Below the pieces are notes generated by a model. That model searched no databases. It worked only from the letters and a program-made list of their open reading frames with translations, and was not told the DNA's origin. 39,071 nt of DNA from Candidatus Terrybacteria bacterium (GTDB lineage: Bacteria; Patescibacteriota; Minisyncoccia; UBA9983). This document shows positions 1 to 8,633 of the stretch, piece after piece; positions within the stretch are counted from its first letter, which is position 1; every line of letters begins with the position of its first letter. The translations under genes and the position numbers were made by a program. Location of the stretch: NCBI GenBank assembly GCA_016208535.1, contig JACQXW010000006.1:1-39071 (forward strand), read 5' to 3'.

Positions 1-85
1 AGATTCTCATGTTTCGGGTATAATACTTGTTAAAGATTTCCTGACGTTGAACGGGTGTCAGGCGAGCCCTTTTGTGAATTGTCAT
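1..85 (-). CDS. IS481-family transposase, N-terminal fragment (partial)
   Basis: Manual translation MTIHKRARLTPVQRQEIFNKYYTRNMRI resembles the H-K-x-A-R-L-T-P N-terminus of IS481 transposases. Confidence 0.72.
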   Translation of the reverse strand, partial: MTIHKRARLTPVQRQEIFNKYYTRNMRI

Positions 86-135
86 AACATTGTTTACTTT
101 ACCAAAAAGTGTAAACAACGCTAGGAAATCTTACA
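1..135 (-). mobile_element. Left end of an IS481-family-like insertion sequence (continues off the window start)
   Basis: Minus strand from 135 reads TGTAAGATTTCCTAGCGTTGTTTACAC (TGT terminus typical of IS481), followed 50 nt later by a transposase-like ORF start. Confidence 0.72.
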
Positions 136-155
136 AATAACTATAACATATCTGT

Positions 156-1013
156 TTAGTCGTTCAAGTACTGAAATGAGGAGAAGCGACGAAATATTTC
201 TTTGAGCGGCTCTTCATCGGTCGTTATTATCAAATAATCCCGACCCATAAAAGAATAAAGCAAAAGCGGTTGGCTGTCTTTGTCATTTAAAACTCTGATA
301 TCGCGGTTTTGGATTTCCCTGTCCTCAAAAAAGGATCTTGCGTTTGAAAGTTCCAAAGAAAAAACATCTTTAAAATCATCTGCCATTGCTGTTTCCCATT
401 TCATCATGCCGGCAAAGGCGGAATCAAAGGCTGCCACTTTAAAAATCAAAATTGGGCAGTCTTTGGTAAAATAGAATTTTGAAAGCATAAACTCGTTCTC
501 CAGGGAATCAAGCAGTTCTTGGGGCGGGCTGGCTCCAGTAATCCTAAAAAACTCCCTTGAGCCCACGGCCACTTTTGATTCGCCCACCTGCCTTACCAGT
601 GAAACATAAAGCAGTTGGTTAATTCTGGTTTGACTCTGAATGGCCTTTTTGATTTCATTCAGGACTCTTGGATAATTTTCCGGATAAACATAGATTTCAA
701 CTTGATCTTCGCTGATAAGGATTGGTTTTAAAAAAGAGGTTGGCTGGCCTTCTTTTTGTCCTTTTGTAAAAAACCAGATTCCGGCAAAACTGATTCCGAT
801 TATTATAACGCTGGACGCAGAGATTATTATTATCTTTTTTAACGAGAATCTGTTTTCCTCCTCTATTTTTATACCTCTCCCCCTTGCCTCCTCAGCCGCA
901 ATCTCAATAAGCGACACTCCCCTCTTTTTCACATATTCCGAGGTGTCTGTCTTATAGGTCCTCAAGGCCGGAATTTTATCCTCTTCCTTTTTTATTTTCT
1001 CCTCGGAGGGCAT
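156..1013 (-). CDS. Hypothetical single-pass membrane protein
   Basis: 285-aa ORF with one hydrophobic segment (IIIISASSVIIIGISFAGIWFF) after a charged N-terminus. Confidence 0.75.
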   Translation of the reverse strand: MPSEEKIKKEEDKIPALRTYKTDTSEYVKKRGVSLIEIAAEEARGRGIKIEEENRFSLKKIIIISASSVIIIGISFAGIWFFTKGQKEGQPTSFLKPILISEDQVEIYVYPENYPRVLNEIKKAIQSQTRINQLLYVSLVRQVGESKVAVGSREFFRITGASPPQELLDSLENEFMLSKFYFTKDCPILIFKVAAFDSAFAGMMKWETAMADDFKDVFSLELSNARSFFEDREIQNRDIRVLNDKDSQPLLLYSFMGRDYLIITTDEEPLKEIFRRFSSFQYLND

Positions 1014-1092
1014 AATTTTATATTATACAATAAAAGTTTTAATTCTTATAAAAAGGTGTAACCAAAAACCTGTTTCTTTCTCTTACAAAATT

Positions 1093-1120
1093 AAAGGCGG
1101 GAAACATTCCCCGCCTTTTT
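1093..1120. terminator. Intrinsic terminator (likely bidirectional)
   Basis: AAAGGCGGG-aaacattc-CCCGCCTTTTT hairpin just downstream of the 1131-1529 ORF. Confidence 0.75.
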
Positions 1121-1130
1121 AAATCTTATT

Positions 1131-1529
1131 TTAGACTTTTTCTCCTTTGACTTCTTCATACACAGCATCTTCTATTTCTTCTTCTTTAATAACCTTCACT
1201 GTGTTAAGCGCAAAATTTCCCGAAAGGATTTTTATTAAATCATTCAGCAAATCTCTTTCTGTTCCGTGCTTTTTTTCTGCCATGTCTTTTAAAATCTCAT
1301 CAACTGTTTTGTAGTGGCTCTTTATATTTTTAACAGCTTCGTCAATAAGATTCTCTTTGGAAAGGTCCATAAATCTTTCAAACAAATCGCTGAAACTCTT
1401 TAAGTCGGAGTGGTATTTAAATCTGCTGCATTGCGCACAAAACGAAACGGGACTGGAGATAAATCTTCCATTCGGCTCTCCATAAGGACATTTTTCGCTA
1501 TCAAGCCAACATGCAGAAATTGTGTTCAT
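1131..1529 (-). CDS. Hypothetical protein with N-terminal 4-Cys cluster
   Basis: 132-aa ORF, AAGGAG RBS upstream, C-x6-C-x16-C-x2-C, own terminator. Confidence 0.7.
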   Translation of the reverse strand: MNTISACWLDSEKCPYGEPNGRFISSPVSFCAQCSRFKYHSDLKSFSDLFERFMDLSKENLIDEAVKNIKSHYKTVDEILKDMAEKKHGTERDLLNDLIKILSGNFALNTVKVIKEEEIEDAVYEEVKGEKV

Positions 1530-1554
1530 TTTTTCTCCTTTCTTTCAGTTAAAA

Positions 1555-3597
1555 TTATTCTAGAGACAATATAATAAAAACACCTTTAAAAGTCAAGGAA
1601 AGTGAAAAAATTAGAAAATTATCTCTTCCCTCTAAAATTATTGTTTCTGCGGGGCGGACGGTCGCCGTTTCTGTCCCTTCCATTGCCTCGCTGGTCAAGT
1701 TCTGGTTTGTAGTCCAGATTGGCTTGTTTGAGAGATAAATCGCCGCGCTTGTGTCCTTATGATTTTTGCCGGTGATGAAAACCGAACCGTCCTGCTCAAT
1801 GTCAATTTCTGCGCCGGTTTTTTCTGTAATGCTTTTTATCATTTTTCCTCCAGGGCCGATAACCGCTCCGATCTTGTCTGAATCAATCATAATTTTCACA
1901 ATTCTTGGAGCAAAAACGGAAAGCTCTTTGCGCGGTTCTGGAATTTCTTTGAGCATCGCCTCCATAATCTCCATTCTCGCCTTTTTGGCTTGCGCCAAAG
2001 TTTTTTCCAAAATCTCAACAGAAACACCATCAACTTTTACATCCATTTGAATGGCAGTGATGCCGTTTTTTGTGCCCGCGCATTTAAAATCCATATCGCC
2101 ATGATGATCCTCCGGCCCCTGAATATCAGTCAAAATCTTATACTGCTGTCGGCTGTCAGCTGTCAGCTGTTGGCTCATTATGAGTCCCATGGCAATGCCG
2201 GCCACTGGTTCTTTTATGGGCACGCCTGCGTCCATTAAGGCCAAAGTTGAGGCGCAAACCGAACCCTGCGAGGTGGAGCCGTTTGAAGCCATTGATTCTG
2301 AAACAATTCTGATGGTGTATGGAAACTCCTCGCGCGAAGGAATGACAGGAAGCAATGCCTTTTCCACCAAGGCGCCGTGGCCGATCTCGCGCCTGCCCGG
2401 ACCGCCCATCCTGCCTGTTTCGCCGGTGGAAAACGGAGGAAAATTATAATGGTGCATAAAATGCTTTTCTGTCTGCACCTCCATTCCCTCAATAAGCTGA
2501 ACATCTTTTGGTCCGCCAAGAGTCAAAATGGAAAGAACATGGGTTCCACCTCTGTAAAAAATTCCTGAGCCGTGCAAAACCGGCAATATTCCGGCCCTGG
2601 CGTATAAAGATCTGATCTCGTCAATTTTTCTTCCATCCGGCCTTTTTTCTTCGCCAGCCGGCGAATCCAAAATTTCTTTGTGAATTATGTCATTAATTCT
2701 GTTTTCAAAATGGTCGTCAGCCAAAAACGCGTTTTCCTCGCCGAATTTTTCCATGGCAATTTTCATCCAAAGCGTTTTTGCCTCGCCAATTTCCTCTTTT
2801 GCTCCTGAAAAAATCGCCCTTTCCGCGCTTTCCAGTGCATTCTTATCAAAAAAGCCCTTCATCTCAGCCGGCTCTTCTTTAATCTCAGGAATAATTTTTT
2901 TCTTGCCAATATCAGCAATTATTTCTTCCTGGAATTTTTGGATTTTTGCGATTTCATCAGCCGCTTTTTCCAGCGCCTTTACTACTGTGTCCTCTGGAAT
3001 TTCAAACGCGCCCGCTTCAATCATATTTATTTTTCCATCCTTTCCGCAAGCAACAATGTCCAATAAACTTTTCTTGCGTTCCTCAAAAGTCGGGTTGACG
3101 AGAAAATTATTTCCGCCAGCTGGCGGAACAAGTCCGATTCTCACTGCCCCAACCGGGCCACTCCAGGGAATATCGGAAATGGCGAGCGCCAAAGAACCTG
3201 CCAATATTGCCGGCACATCTGAATCGTTTTCTCTGTCAACAGCAAGAGCAAGAACCGTAACCTGTATCTCGTTGCGGATGCGGCTGTCAAACAAAGGCCG
3301 AATGGTGCGGTCAATCGCCCTGCCGGTCAAAATCGCCTCTTCCGACGGTCTGCCCTCCCTTCTCATAAAACGGCTGCCCAAAATCTGGCCAGCGGCGTAA
3401 AATTTTTCTTCATAATCAACAGTCAAAGGCAAATAATCTATGCCTTCGCGCCTGTTTTTTGACATAACAGATGTGGCAAAAACCGCTGTTTCGCCATAAC
3501 GGACAAGTACAGAGCCGTTGGCCTGGTCTGCCAAATCGGAGATTTCCACGGAAAGCTTCTTTCCGCCAAAATCAGTTTCATATGTTTTTGTTTGCAT
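1555..3597 (-). CDS. pnp: Polynucleotide phosphorylase; S1 domain deleted with frameshift near 1740
   Basis: PLTVDYEEK, RRE(G/I), SNGSTS, GDMDFK and KH IGPGGK motifs; likely start MQTKTYE at 3597; native C-terminal tail lies in another frame (1738-1619). Confidence 0.93.
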   Translation of the reverse strand: MQTKTYETDFGGKKLSVEISDLADQANGSVLVRYGETAVFATSVMSKNRREGIDYLPLTVDYEEKFYAAGQILGSRFMRREGRPSEEAILTGRAIDRTIRPLFDSRIRNEIQVTVLALAVDRENDSDVPAILAGSLALAISDIPWSGPVGAVRIGLVPPAGGNNFLVNPTFEERKKSLLDIVACGKDGKINMIEAGAFEIPEDTVVKALEKAADEIAKIQKFQEEIIADIGKKKIIPEIKEEPAEMKGFFDKNALESAERAIFSGAKEEIGEAKTLWMKIAMEKFGEENAFLADDHFENRINDIIHKEILDSPAGEEKRPDGRKIDEIRSLYARAGILPVLHGSGIFYRGGTHVLSILTLGGPKDVQLIEGMEVQTEKHFMHHYNFPPFSTGETGRMGGPGRREIGHGALVEKALLPVIPSREEFPYTIRIVSESMASNGSTSQGSVCASTLALMDAGVPIKEPVAGIAMGLIMSQQLTADSRQQYKILTDIQGPEDHHGDMDFKCAGTKNGITAIQMDVKVDGVSVEILEKTLAQAKKARMEIMEAMLKEIPEPRKELSVFAPRIVKIMIDSDKIGAVIGPGGKMIKSITEKTGAEIDIEQDGSVFITGKNHKDTSAAIYLSNKPIWTTNQNLTSEAMEGTETATVRPAETIILEGRDNFLIFSLSLTFKGVFIILSLE

Positions 3598-3732
3598 ATA
3601 AATAAAATGTAGAAAGTAGAATGTTGAAAGTAGAATCAATAAATCATATTCCACTCTCTGCGCTCCACTCTCTACTTAATTAAATTGGTAATGGTTTTAG
3701 TGTAGCAAAAGGCGGTAAAAAATCAACAATTT

Positions 3733-3972
3733 TTATATTATTAATTTAATTATTGCGACAATGGCGACAACTGCCCAAATTAAATTTAAGACCACTGGCT
3801 GATAATTTTTATCATTAAAAGCATCTGCCACAATTCCCACCGCACCTGTTCCGTTAAGAATCAGATACAAAAGATCAGTTGGTTTTATAAAAGAAAAAGT
3901 TACCATAATATAGGCCGCGACAATTGCCACAACTCCGTACCAACCTAAAATTTCAGTAATTTTATTTTTCAT
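3733..3972 (-). CDS. Small membrane protein (CBU_0592-like)
   Basis: 79 aa, three hydrophobic segments, GWYG..AY, Y..LN..GA, YQP..LN..W pattern. Confidence 0.7.
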   Translation of the reverse strand: MKNKITEILGWYGVVAIVAAYIMVTFSFIKPTDLLYLILNGTGAVGIVADAFNDKNYQPVVLNLIWAVVAIVAIIKLII

Positions 3973-3975
3973 ATC

Positions 3976-4494
3976 CTACCCCTTTATCAAAAACTTTTTC
4001 GGGTTTTCATCAAGGTCGGTGAAGTCGTCGGCTGTTTCCCGTAGTTTTGAGGAGGTGGATTTGCCAAAGGCAATCACCTCCACGCGCCTGCCTTGATTTT
4101 TCAGATATTCAACTAACGGCACATAATCTCCATCTCCGCTGGCCAAAATAATCACATCAACCAAAGATAATGTTTTGATGGCGTCAACCGCCAAGCCCAC
4201 GTCCCAATCTGCCTTTTTCATTCCGCCGTAGTATTCCTGCAATTCCTTGCTTTTTATTTCAATACCCAATTTTGTGAGCGCCTCAAGAAAAGGCTTTTCC
4301 TCTCCGGTTTTTGTGGTCACCACATAGGCAAAGGCGCGCACCAGCTGCCTGTCCCCTACCGCTGTATCCAAAAGTTCTTTAAAATTTACGCGCCTCTGGT
4401 AAATGGCTTTGGCAGAATGGTAAAGATTCTGCACGTCAATCAAAACCGCCACCCGCTGATTTTTATATTTTGATGAGGAGAAAATTGAAATCAT
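3976..4494 (-). CDS. NYN-domain (LabA/DUF88) protein
   Basis: IDVQN, KADWDVGLAVD, SGDGDY motifs. Confidence 0.92.
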   Translation of the reverse strand: MISIFSSSKYKNQRVAVLIDVQNLYHSAKAIYQRRVNFKELLDTAVGDRQLVRAFAYVVTTKTGEEKPFLEALTKLGIEIKSKELQEYYGGMKKADWDVGLAVDAIKTLSLVDVIILASGDGDYVPLVEYLKNQGRRVEVIAFGKSTSSKLRETADDFTDLDENPKKFLIKG

Positions 4495-4501
4495 AAATAA
4501 T

Positions 4502-4771
4502 TTATTTTTTTAATCCCAGTTTTTTCGCCAATGCCCCGTGCCTTTTGGCGCTCTTTTTTACTAGATAACCCATCAACGCCCTTCTCTTTGCCACCATCTT
4601 CAAAAGACCAAGGCGCGAATGAGTGTCTTTTTTATGTTTTTTGAGATGTTTTGCCAATTCGTCAATCTGCTTGGTCAAAACAGCAACCTGCACCTCAGGC
4701 GAGCCGGTATCTTTTTCATGCACCTTGTATTCTCCGATGATTTTCTGTTTTTTCTTTGTGGCTAATGCCAT
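4502..4771 (-). CDS. rpsO: 30S ribosomal protein S15
   Basis: DTGSPEVQVA, HKKDTHSRLGL; likely start MALATKK at 4771 (89 aa). Confidence 0.97.
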   Translation of the reverse strand: MALATKKKQKIIGEYKVHEKDTGSPEVQVAVLTKQIDELAKHLKKHKKDTHSRLGLLKMVAKRRALMGYLVKKSAKRHGALAKKLGLKK

Positions 4772-4833
4772 TATTTGGAATATACCAAAAATCCCAACTT
4801 TTTGCAAATTAAATATTTTGATATACTGAAATA

Positions 4834-5745
4834 ATGTTGTGCGACATAAAAACTTTACATAAGCAATTTCTTGAATATCTTGAAATTGAAAAAGGGAGGA
4901 GCTTGAAGACGGTTGAAAATTACGACCGCGATTTGCGAAAGTTTTTTGAATTTTCCAAAATTAAGACGCCTGATGAAATCACTGACGAATCTGTCCGTAA
5001 TTTTCGTCTTTGGCTCAACAGAAAGGAATTAAAGAAAAAAACGCAGAATTATTATTTGATAAGTTTGCGGGTATTCTTAAAATATCTTGCAAAAATGGGG
5101 ATAAAATCTCTGCCAGTTGAAAGGATTGAACTGGCTAAGATACCTCAAAGAGAACTTGACCTTATTACTGAGGAAGAACTTTCCAGATTATTAGACGCAC
5201 CAAAGGGCGGTCCGCCAGCTGGCGAATTAAAGACCTCGCGCGACAAAGCCATTCTGGAATTATTATTTTCCACTGGCTTGCGCGTTTCAGAATTATGCTC
5301 TCTGAATCGCGACCACATCACAGACGCTCGGGCTGGCGAGTTTTCCGTGCGCGGAAAAGGCGATAAAATAAGGGTAGTTTTTCTATCAGACAGCGCCCAA
5401 AAAGCCATTAAAGATTATTTAAATAAAAGGACGGATACTGAAGAGGCGCTTTTTGTGTCAATTTCCAATTCCCAATTTCCAATTTCCAATAATCGTCTCA
5501 CTCGGCGCTCAATCGAACGAATCGTAAAACATTATGCCCTTAAGGCCGGCATTGCCAAAAAAGTGACACCCCATGTCCTCCGCCACTGCTTTGCCACAGA
5601 TTTGCTTTCCAACGGCGCCGACCTGCGCTCTGTCCAATCCCTGCTCGGCCACGCCTCCATCACCACCACGCAGATATATACCCATATTACAGATAAACAA
5701 TTAAGAGAAGTGCATAAAACGTTCCATAATAAACGAAGAAAATAA
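4834..5745 (+). CDS. Tyrosine recombinase XerC/XerD family
   Basis: TGLRVSEL, GKGDK, TPHVLRH, LGHASITTTQIYTH catalytic residues. Confidence 0.93.
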   Translation: MLCDIKTLHKQFLEYLEIEKGRSLKTVENYDRDLRKFFEFSKIKTPDEITDESVRNFRLWLNRKELKKKTQNYYLISLRVFLKYLAKMGIKSLPVERIELAKIPQRELDLITEEELSRLLDAPKGGPPAGELKTSRDKAILELLFSTGLRVSELCSLNRDHITDARAGEFSVRGKGDKIRVVFLSDSAQKAIKDYLNKRTDTEEALFVSISNSQFPISNNRLTRRSIERIVKHYALKAGIAKKVTPHVLRHCFATDLLSNGADLRSVQSLLGHASITTTQIYTHITDKQLREVHKTFHNKRRK

Positions 5746-5746
5746 A

Positions 5747-7231
5747 TTACTTCACATACCACTTCTTTCTGATCTCTTCTATTTCCTTTTTCTCCACCTC
5801 CTCCTTTGTTTCCTTCGCTTTTTTACCTAATTTCTCCATTTCTTTTTCTGGCAAAGCATTGAGTTCTTTTGCCCTCTTTTCAAGCCATTCTTCGGTATTT
5901 CTTGCAGGTTCGTCCAGTACTTCCTCAAGCAAAATATGCAGAATCTGGCCGATTTTTGGCCCTGGTTTCACGTGCAACAATTCTATAATTTTATTGCCGT
6001 CAATTTTGAGCATGCCAACAGAAAGCGGCTGCCGCAATGCCTCATCTATCATTGATTCATATTTGCGCAACCGATAAGGCGTTTCCTTTGGTTTGCCCAT
6101 GCCGATTCTGTCGCTAAATCTTACCTTCATTAAATCCCAGACATTTTCCGGCCCCACATTGCGCACAGTCCGGCGCACAGCAGAAAGAGTAATTTTCTCT
6201 GTATCTGAGAAAAACATATGATAGCGGATAAGTTTTGCCACCAGTTCAATGGTTTTTTTAGAAAATTTAAGCCGAGACAAAGCTCTTATCGCCATTTTGG
6301 CGCCAATTATCTCGTGGCCATAAAAGGTATAATCTTTTTTTTCTTTGCTCCATTGCCGAGAGGCGGGCTTGCCAACATCATGCAAAAGCGAAGCAATCCT
6401 TACCTCCAGAGGCCAGTTCTTGTCAGCTGCATGATCCAAAGCCTTCAAATTATGCTCCCAAACCGGGTATAAATGATCTTTGTTCTGTTTGACGCCATAC
6501 CCCTCTTCTAATTCCGGCAGAATATATTTCAACACCCCAAATTCCCGCATCATTTCAAAACCAATACTTGGCCTATCGGACATTATAATTTTAATAAATT
6601 CGTCTCTAATCCTCTCTTTGGAAATCATTTCCAAAAGATGCGCCTGTTTTTTAATGGCCTCTTGTGTTTCACGTGCAACCTTCCAGCCCAATTCTGCGGC
6701 AAAACGAATAGCCCTTATAATCCGCAAGGCATCTTCATCAAATCTCTCCTTTGGATTACCTACTGTCCGAATGATTTTGTCCTTTATGTCCTTTTGGCCA
6801 TTAAATAAATCAATTAACTTATTATCCATCCCTTCGACTACGCTCAGGGCAAGAGCATTTATCGTAAAATCCCGCCTCTTTAAGTCATCTTCAATGTTTC
6901 TCGTGAAACGAACCTCGTCCGGGTGCCGCTTGTCAGAATATTTTGCCTCCAGACGATAAGGGGTTATTTCAATAATTTTTAAACTCGGGTCATCAGCATC
7001 AGTAATAACTGCCACTGTGCCGAATTTGTTTTCATAAACTGTTTTTGGAAATAATTTCTGGATTTCCTCTGGTTTGGCATTAGTGGTAATGTCCCAATCT
7101 TTGGGTCCGCCAGCTGGCGGATTTTCCATCAATAAATCGCGCACGCAACCGCCAACCAAATAGGTCTCAAAACCGGCGTCTTTTAAAACTTGCGCTGTTT
7201 TAGAAATTATTTCAGGAATTTTAAAATCCAT
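5747..7231 (-). CDS. cca: CCA-adding enzyme / tRNA nucleotidyltransferase with HD domain
   Basis: VGGCVRD, DWDITT, RRDFTINA, EDALRIIRAIRF, LLHDVGK. Confidence 0.9.
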   Translation of the reverse strand: MDFKIPEIISKTAQVLKDAGFETYLVGGCVRDLLMENPPAGGPKDWDITTNAKPEEIQKLFPKTVYENKFGTVAVITDADDPSLKIIEITPYRLEAKYSDKRHPDEVRFTRNIEDDLKRRDFTINALALSVVEGMDNKLIDLFNGQKDIKDKIIRTVGNPKERFDEDALRIIRAIRFAAELGWKVARETQEAIKKQAHLLEMISKERIRDEFIKIIMSDRPSIGFEMMREFGVLKYILPELEEGYGVKQNKDHLYPVWEHNLKALDHAADKNWPLEVRIASLLHDVGKPASRQWSKEKKDYTFYGHEIIGAKMAIRALSRLKFSKKTIELVAKLIRYHMFFSDTEKITLSAVRRTVRNVGPENVWDLMKVRFSDRIGMGKPKETPYRLRKYESMIDEALRQPLSVGMLKIDGNKIIELLHVKPGPKIGQILHILLEEVLDEPARNTEEWLEKRAKELNALPEKEMEKLGKKAKETKEEVEKKEIEEIRKKWYVK

Positions 7232-7257
7232 ATTATTTTTGCGCCCGGCAGGATTCG

Positions 7258-7368
7258 CCCCGCACTATTTTGCTTAAATTATACGTCCCCAGAGGGATTC
7301 GAACCCCCAACGACGGTTCCGAAGACCGTTGTGATATCCGTTTCACCATGGGGACAAAAAGTGCGGGG
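7258..7368. mobile_element. MITE-like element with CCCCGCACT...AGTGCGGGG ends carrying tRNA-Arg
   Basis: Terminal inverted repeats CCCCGCACTATTT / AAAAAGTGCGGGG flank the tRNA at 7284-7355. Confidence 0.7.
7284..7355 (-). tRNA. tRNA-Arg (UCG)
   Basis: GTCCCCA/TGGGGAC acceptor, anticodon arm ACGGT-CT TCG GA-ACCGT, GGTTCGAATCC T arm; no encoded CCA. Confidence 0.95.
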
Positions 7369-7391
7369 TAAAAACCCTAGCGTGATACTTG

Positions 7392-7425
7392 CCCCGTAGT
7401 TAAAACGAAGTTTTATACTATGGGG
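7392..7425. repeat. 34-bp CCCCG-ended hairpin insertion in D-loop of the broken tRNA
   Basis: CCCCGTAGT-TAAAAC-GAA-GTTTTA-T-ACTATGGGG. Confidence 0.75.
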
Positions 7426-7490
7426 TCCGTTTCACCACAGGCGCAATATATTTAATCTAACATAGAAATGTTAAGATATAAAATAAAAAT

Positions 7491-7718
7491 ATGCAGACTG
7501 ATAAACAGAAAATAGGGGAAATAGGTGAAAATACAGCCTGTAAGTTTCTCATGAAACAAGGATTTATAATAAAAGACCGCAATTATCGCAAAAAATGGGG
7601 AGAAATTGACATAATAGCCCAAGATGAAACCGAATGGCAAGTGGATATAATGGCTGTTTTTCTTGATTTTAACGCCAAAAAGGCTAAAATAAGAACGACA
7701 GAAAATGTAATTTTGTAA
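7491..7718 (+). pseudogene. yraN: YraN-family protein with in-frame internal deletion
   Basis: IGEIGE..AC..L, RNY..KWGEIDIIA N-half joined directly to WQVDIMAV C-terminal part; the LVFVEVK segment is absent; 75 aa. Confidence 0.8.
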
Positions 7719-7721
7719 TCC

Positions 7722-7792
7722 CGGGCCGTAGTATACCGGTAGTACGCATGCTTTGGGAGCATGTAGACTGGGTTCAATTCCCAGCGGCCCGA
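7722..7792 (+). tRNA. tRNA-Pro (UGG)
   Basis: CGGGCCG/CGGCCCG acceptor, CATGC-TT TGG GA-GCATG anticodon arm, GGTTCAATTCC. Confidence 0.95.
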
Positions 7793-7795
7793 ATT

Positions 7796-8089
7796 CTACT
7801 TCATCTCCTGCAAAAAGGTCATATTATAGAAGATGAAAATCATACCTGCGATTATCAGCGCCAAATGATGGATGCTGTTTAAATCCTCTCCTATCAAATA
7901 ACCAACCAAATCAAAGACAAAACCAAGGGTAAAAACAATGGCGCCAATGGTCATCCAGGTGAAATAACTCTTTGGCAGTTTACTGGATAAAGAAACTCTG
8001 TCTTTAATAATCAACACAGTAAACAAAAAACCGCTCACTATTCCCAGAAGATTAATGATAAAAGAATATGTTCCTGTTATTGCTATCAT
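7796..8089 (-). CDS. Hypothetical membrane protein
   Basis: 97 aa with three hydrophobic helices. Confidence 0.7.
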   Translation of the reverse strand: MIAITGTYSFIINLLGIVSGFLFTVLIIKDRVSLSSKLPKSYFTWMTIGAIVFTLGFVFDLVGYLIGEDLNSIHHLALIIAGMIFIFYNMTFLQEMK

Positions 8090-8133
8090 TGTTAATATTT
8101 TTATAATATGCTAAAATCGCAAACAATACAATT

Positions 8134-8592
8134 ATGGAATTATTCAGCAACATAGATTGGAATATTTTTTTGCGGCTGTTTGTGGCCATGATTCTGGGAG
8201 TGGCCATCGGGATTGAGAGAACAGTTGCTCACAAGACCGCGGGCATGAGGACTTACGGCCTGGTGAGTATGGGTGCGGCCTTGTTTGTAATAATTTCTTC
8301 TGTTATGACTCAGCAATATTCAGATACAGCCTCTCTTGATCCCCTGCGAATGGCCTCGCAGATTATTGTGGGAATCGGCTTTTTGGGCGCCGGGCTGATT
8401 ATATTCAGGGAGTCCACTCTCAGCGGGCTGACCACTGCAGCCGGTCTCTGGGTGGCAGGAGGAATCGGCACTGCCTGCGGATTCGGGCTTTACACCATTG
8501 CCATTTTTGCCACCATTCTCACTTTATTTATCTTCAGTATTCTTTGGATCATAGAAAATAAAATCAAAAAAATAACAGATGCCAATGAATAA
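8134..8592 (+). CDS. MgtC/SapB family membrane protein
   Basis: IGIER, AGMRT, GIGFLGAG, GLTTAAGLW motifs. Confidence 0.93.
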   Translation: MELFSNIDWNIFLRLFVAMILGVAIGIERTVAHKTAGMRTYGLVSMGAALFVIISSVMTQQYSDTASLDPLRMASQIIVGIGFLGAGLIIFRESTLSGLTTAAGLWVAGGIGTACGFGLYTIAIFATILTLFIFSILWIIENKIKKITDANE

Positions 8593-8633
8593 AAAATGGT
8601 CGTTATTATTATTAAAAACCAAACATAATTGAT

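Larger units (their letters stand above)
7240..7444 (-). pseudogene. Disrupted tRNA gene (Arg-like body) split by two inverted-repeat insertions
   Basis: 5' piece GCGCCTGTGGTGAAACGGA (7444-7426), middle TATCACGCTAG (7387-7377), 3' piece CGAATCCTGCCGGGCGCA (7257-7240); acceptor halves pair; anticodon loop and 5' T-stem are missing. Confidence 0.8.

Noticed and set aside
1555-1745. Programmed frameshift in pnp
   Set aside because: No slippery sequence at the junction and the S1 coding sequence is physically absent.
1766-3400. Long antisense ORFs over pnp (and similar ones over cca, rny, dnaA, ruvC, pilB, murE)
   Set aside because: Shadow ORFs opposite well-supported genes, with no motifs.
4834-5745. 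Xer gene as integrase of a prophage or island at the nearby tRNAs
   Set aside because: Flanked by housekeeping genes (rpsO, cca); no phage cargo or att duplication; the tRNA fragment at 7240-7257 is not a copy of the intact tRNA 3' end.
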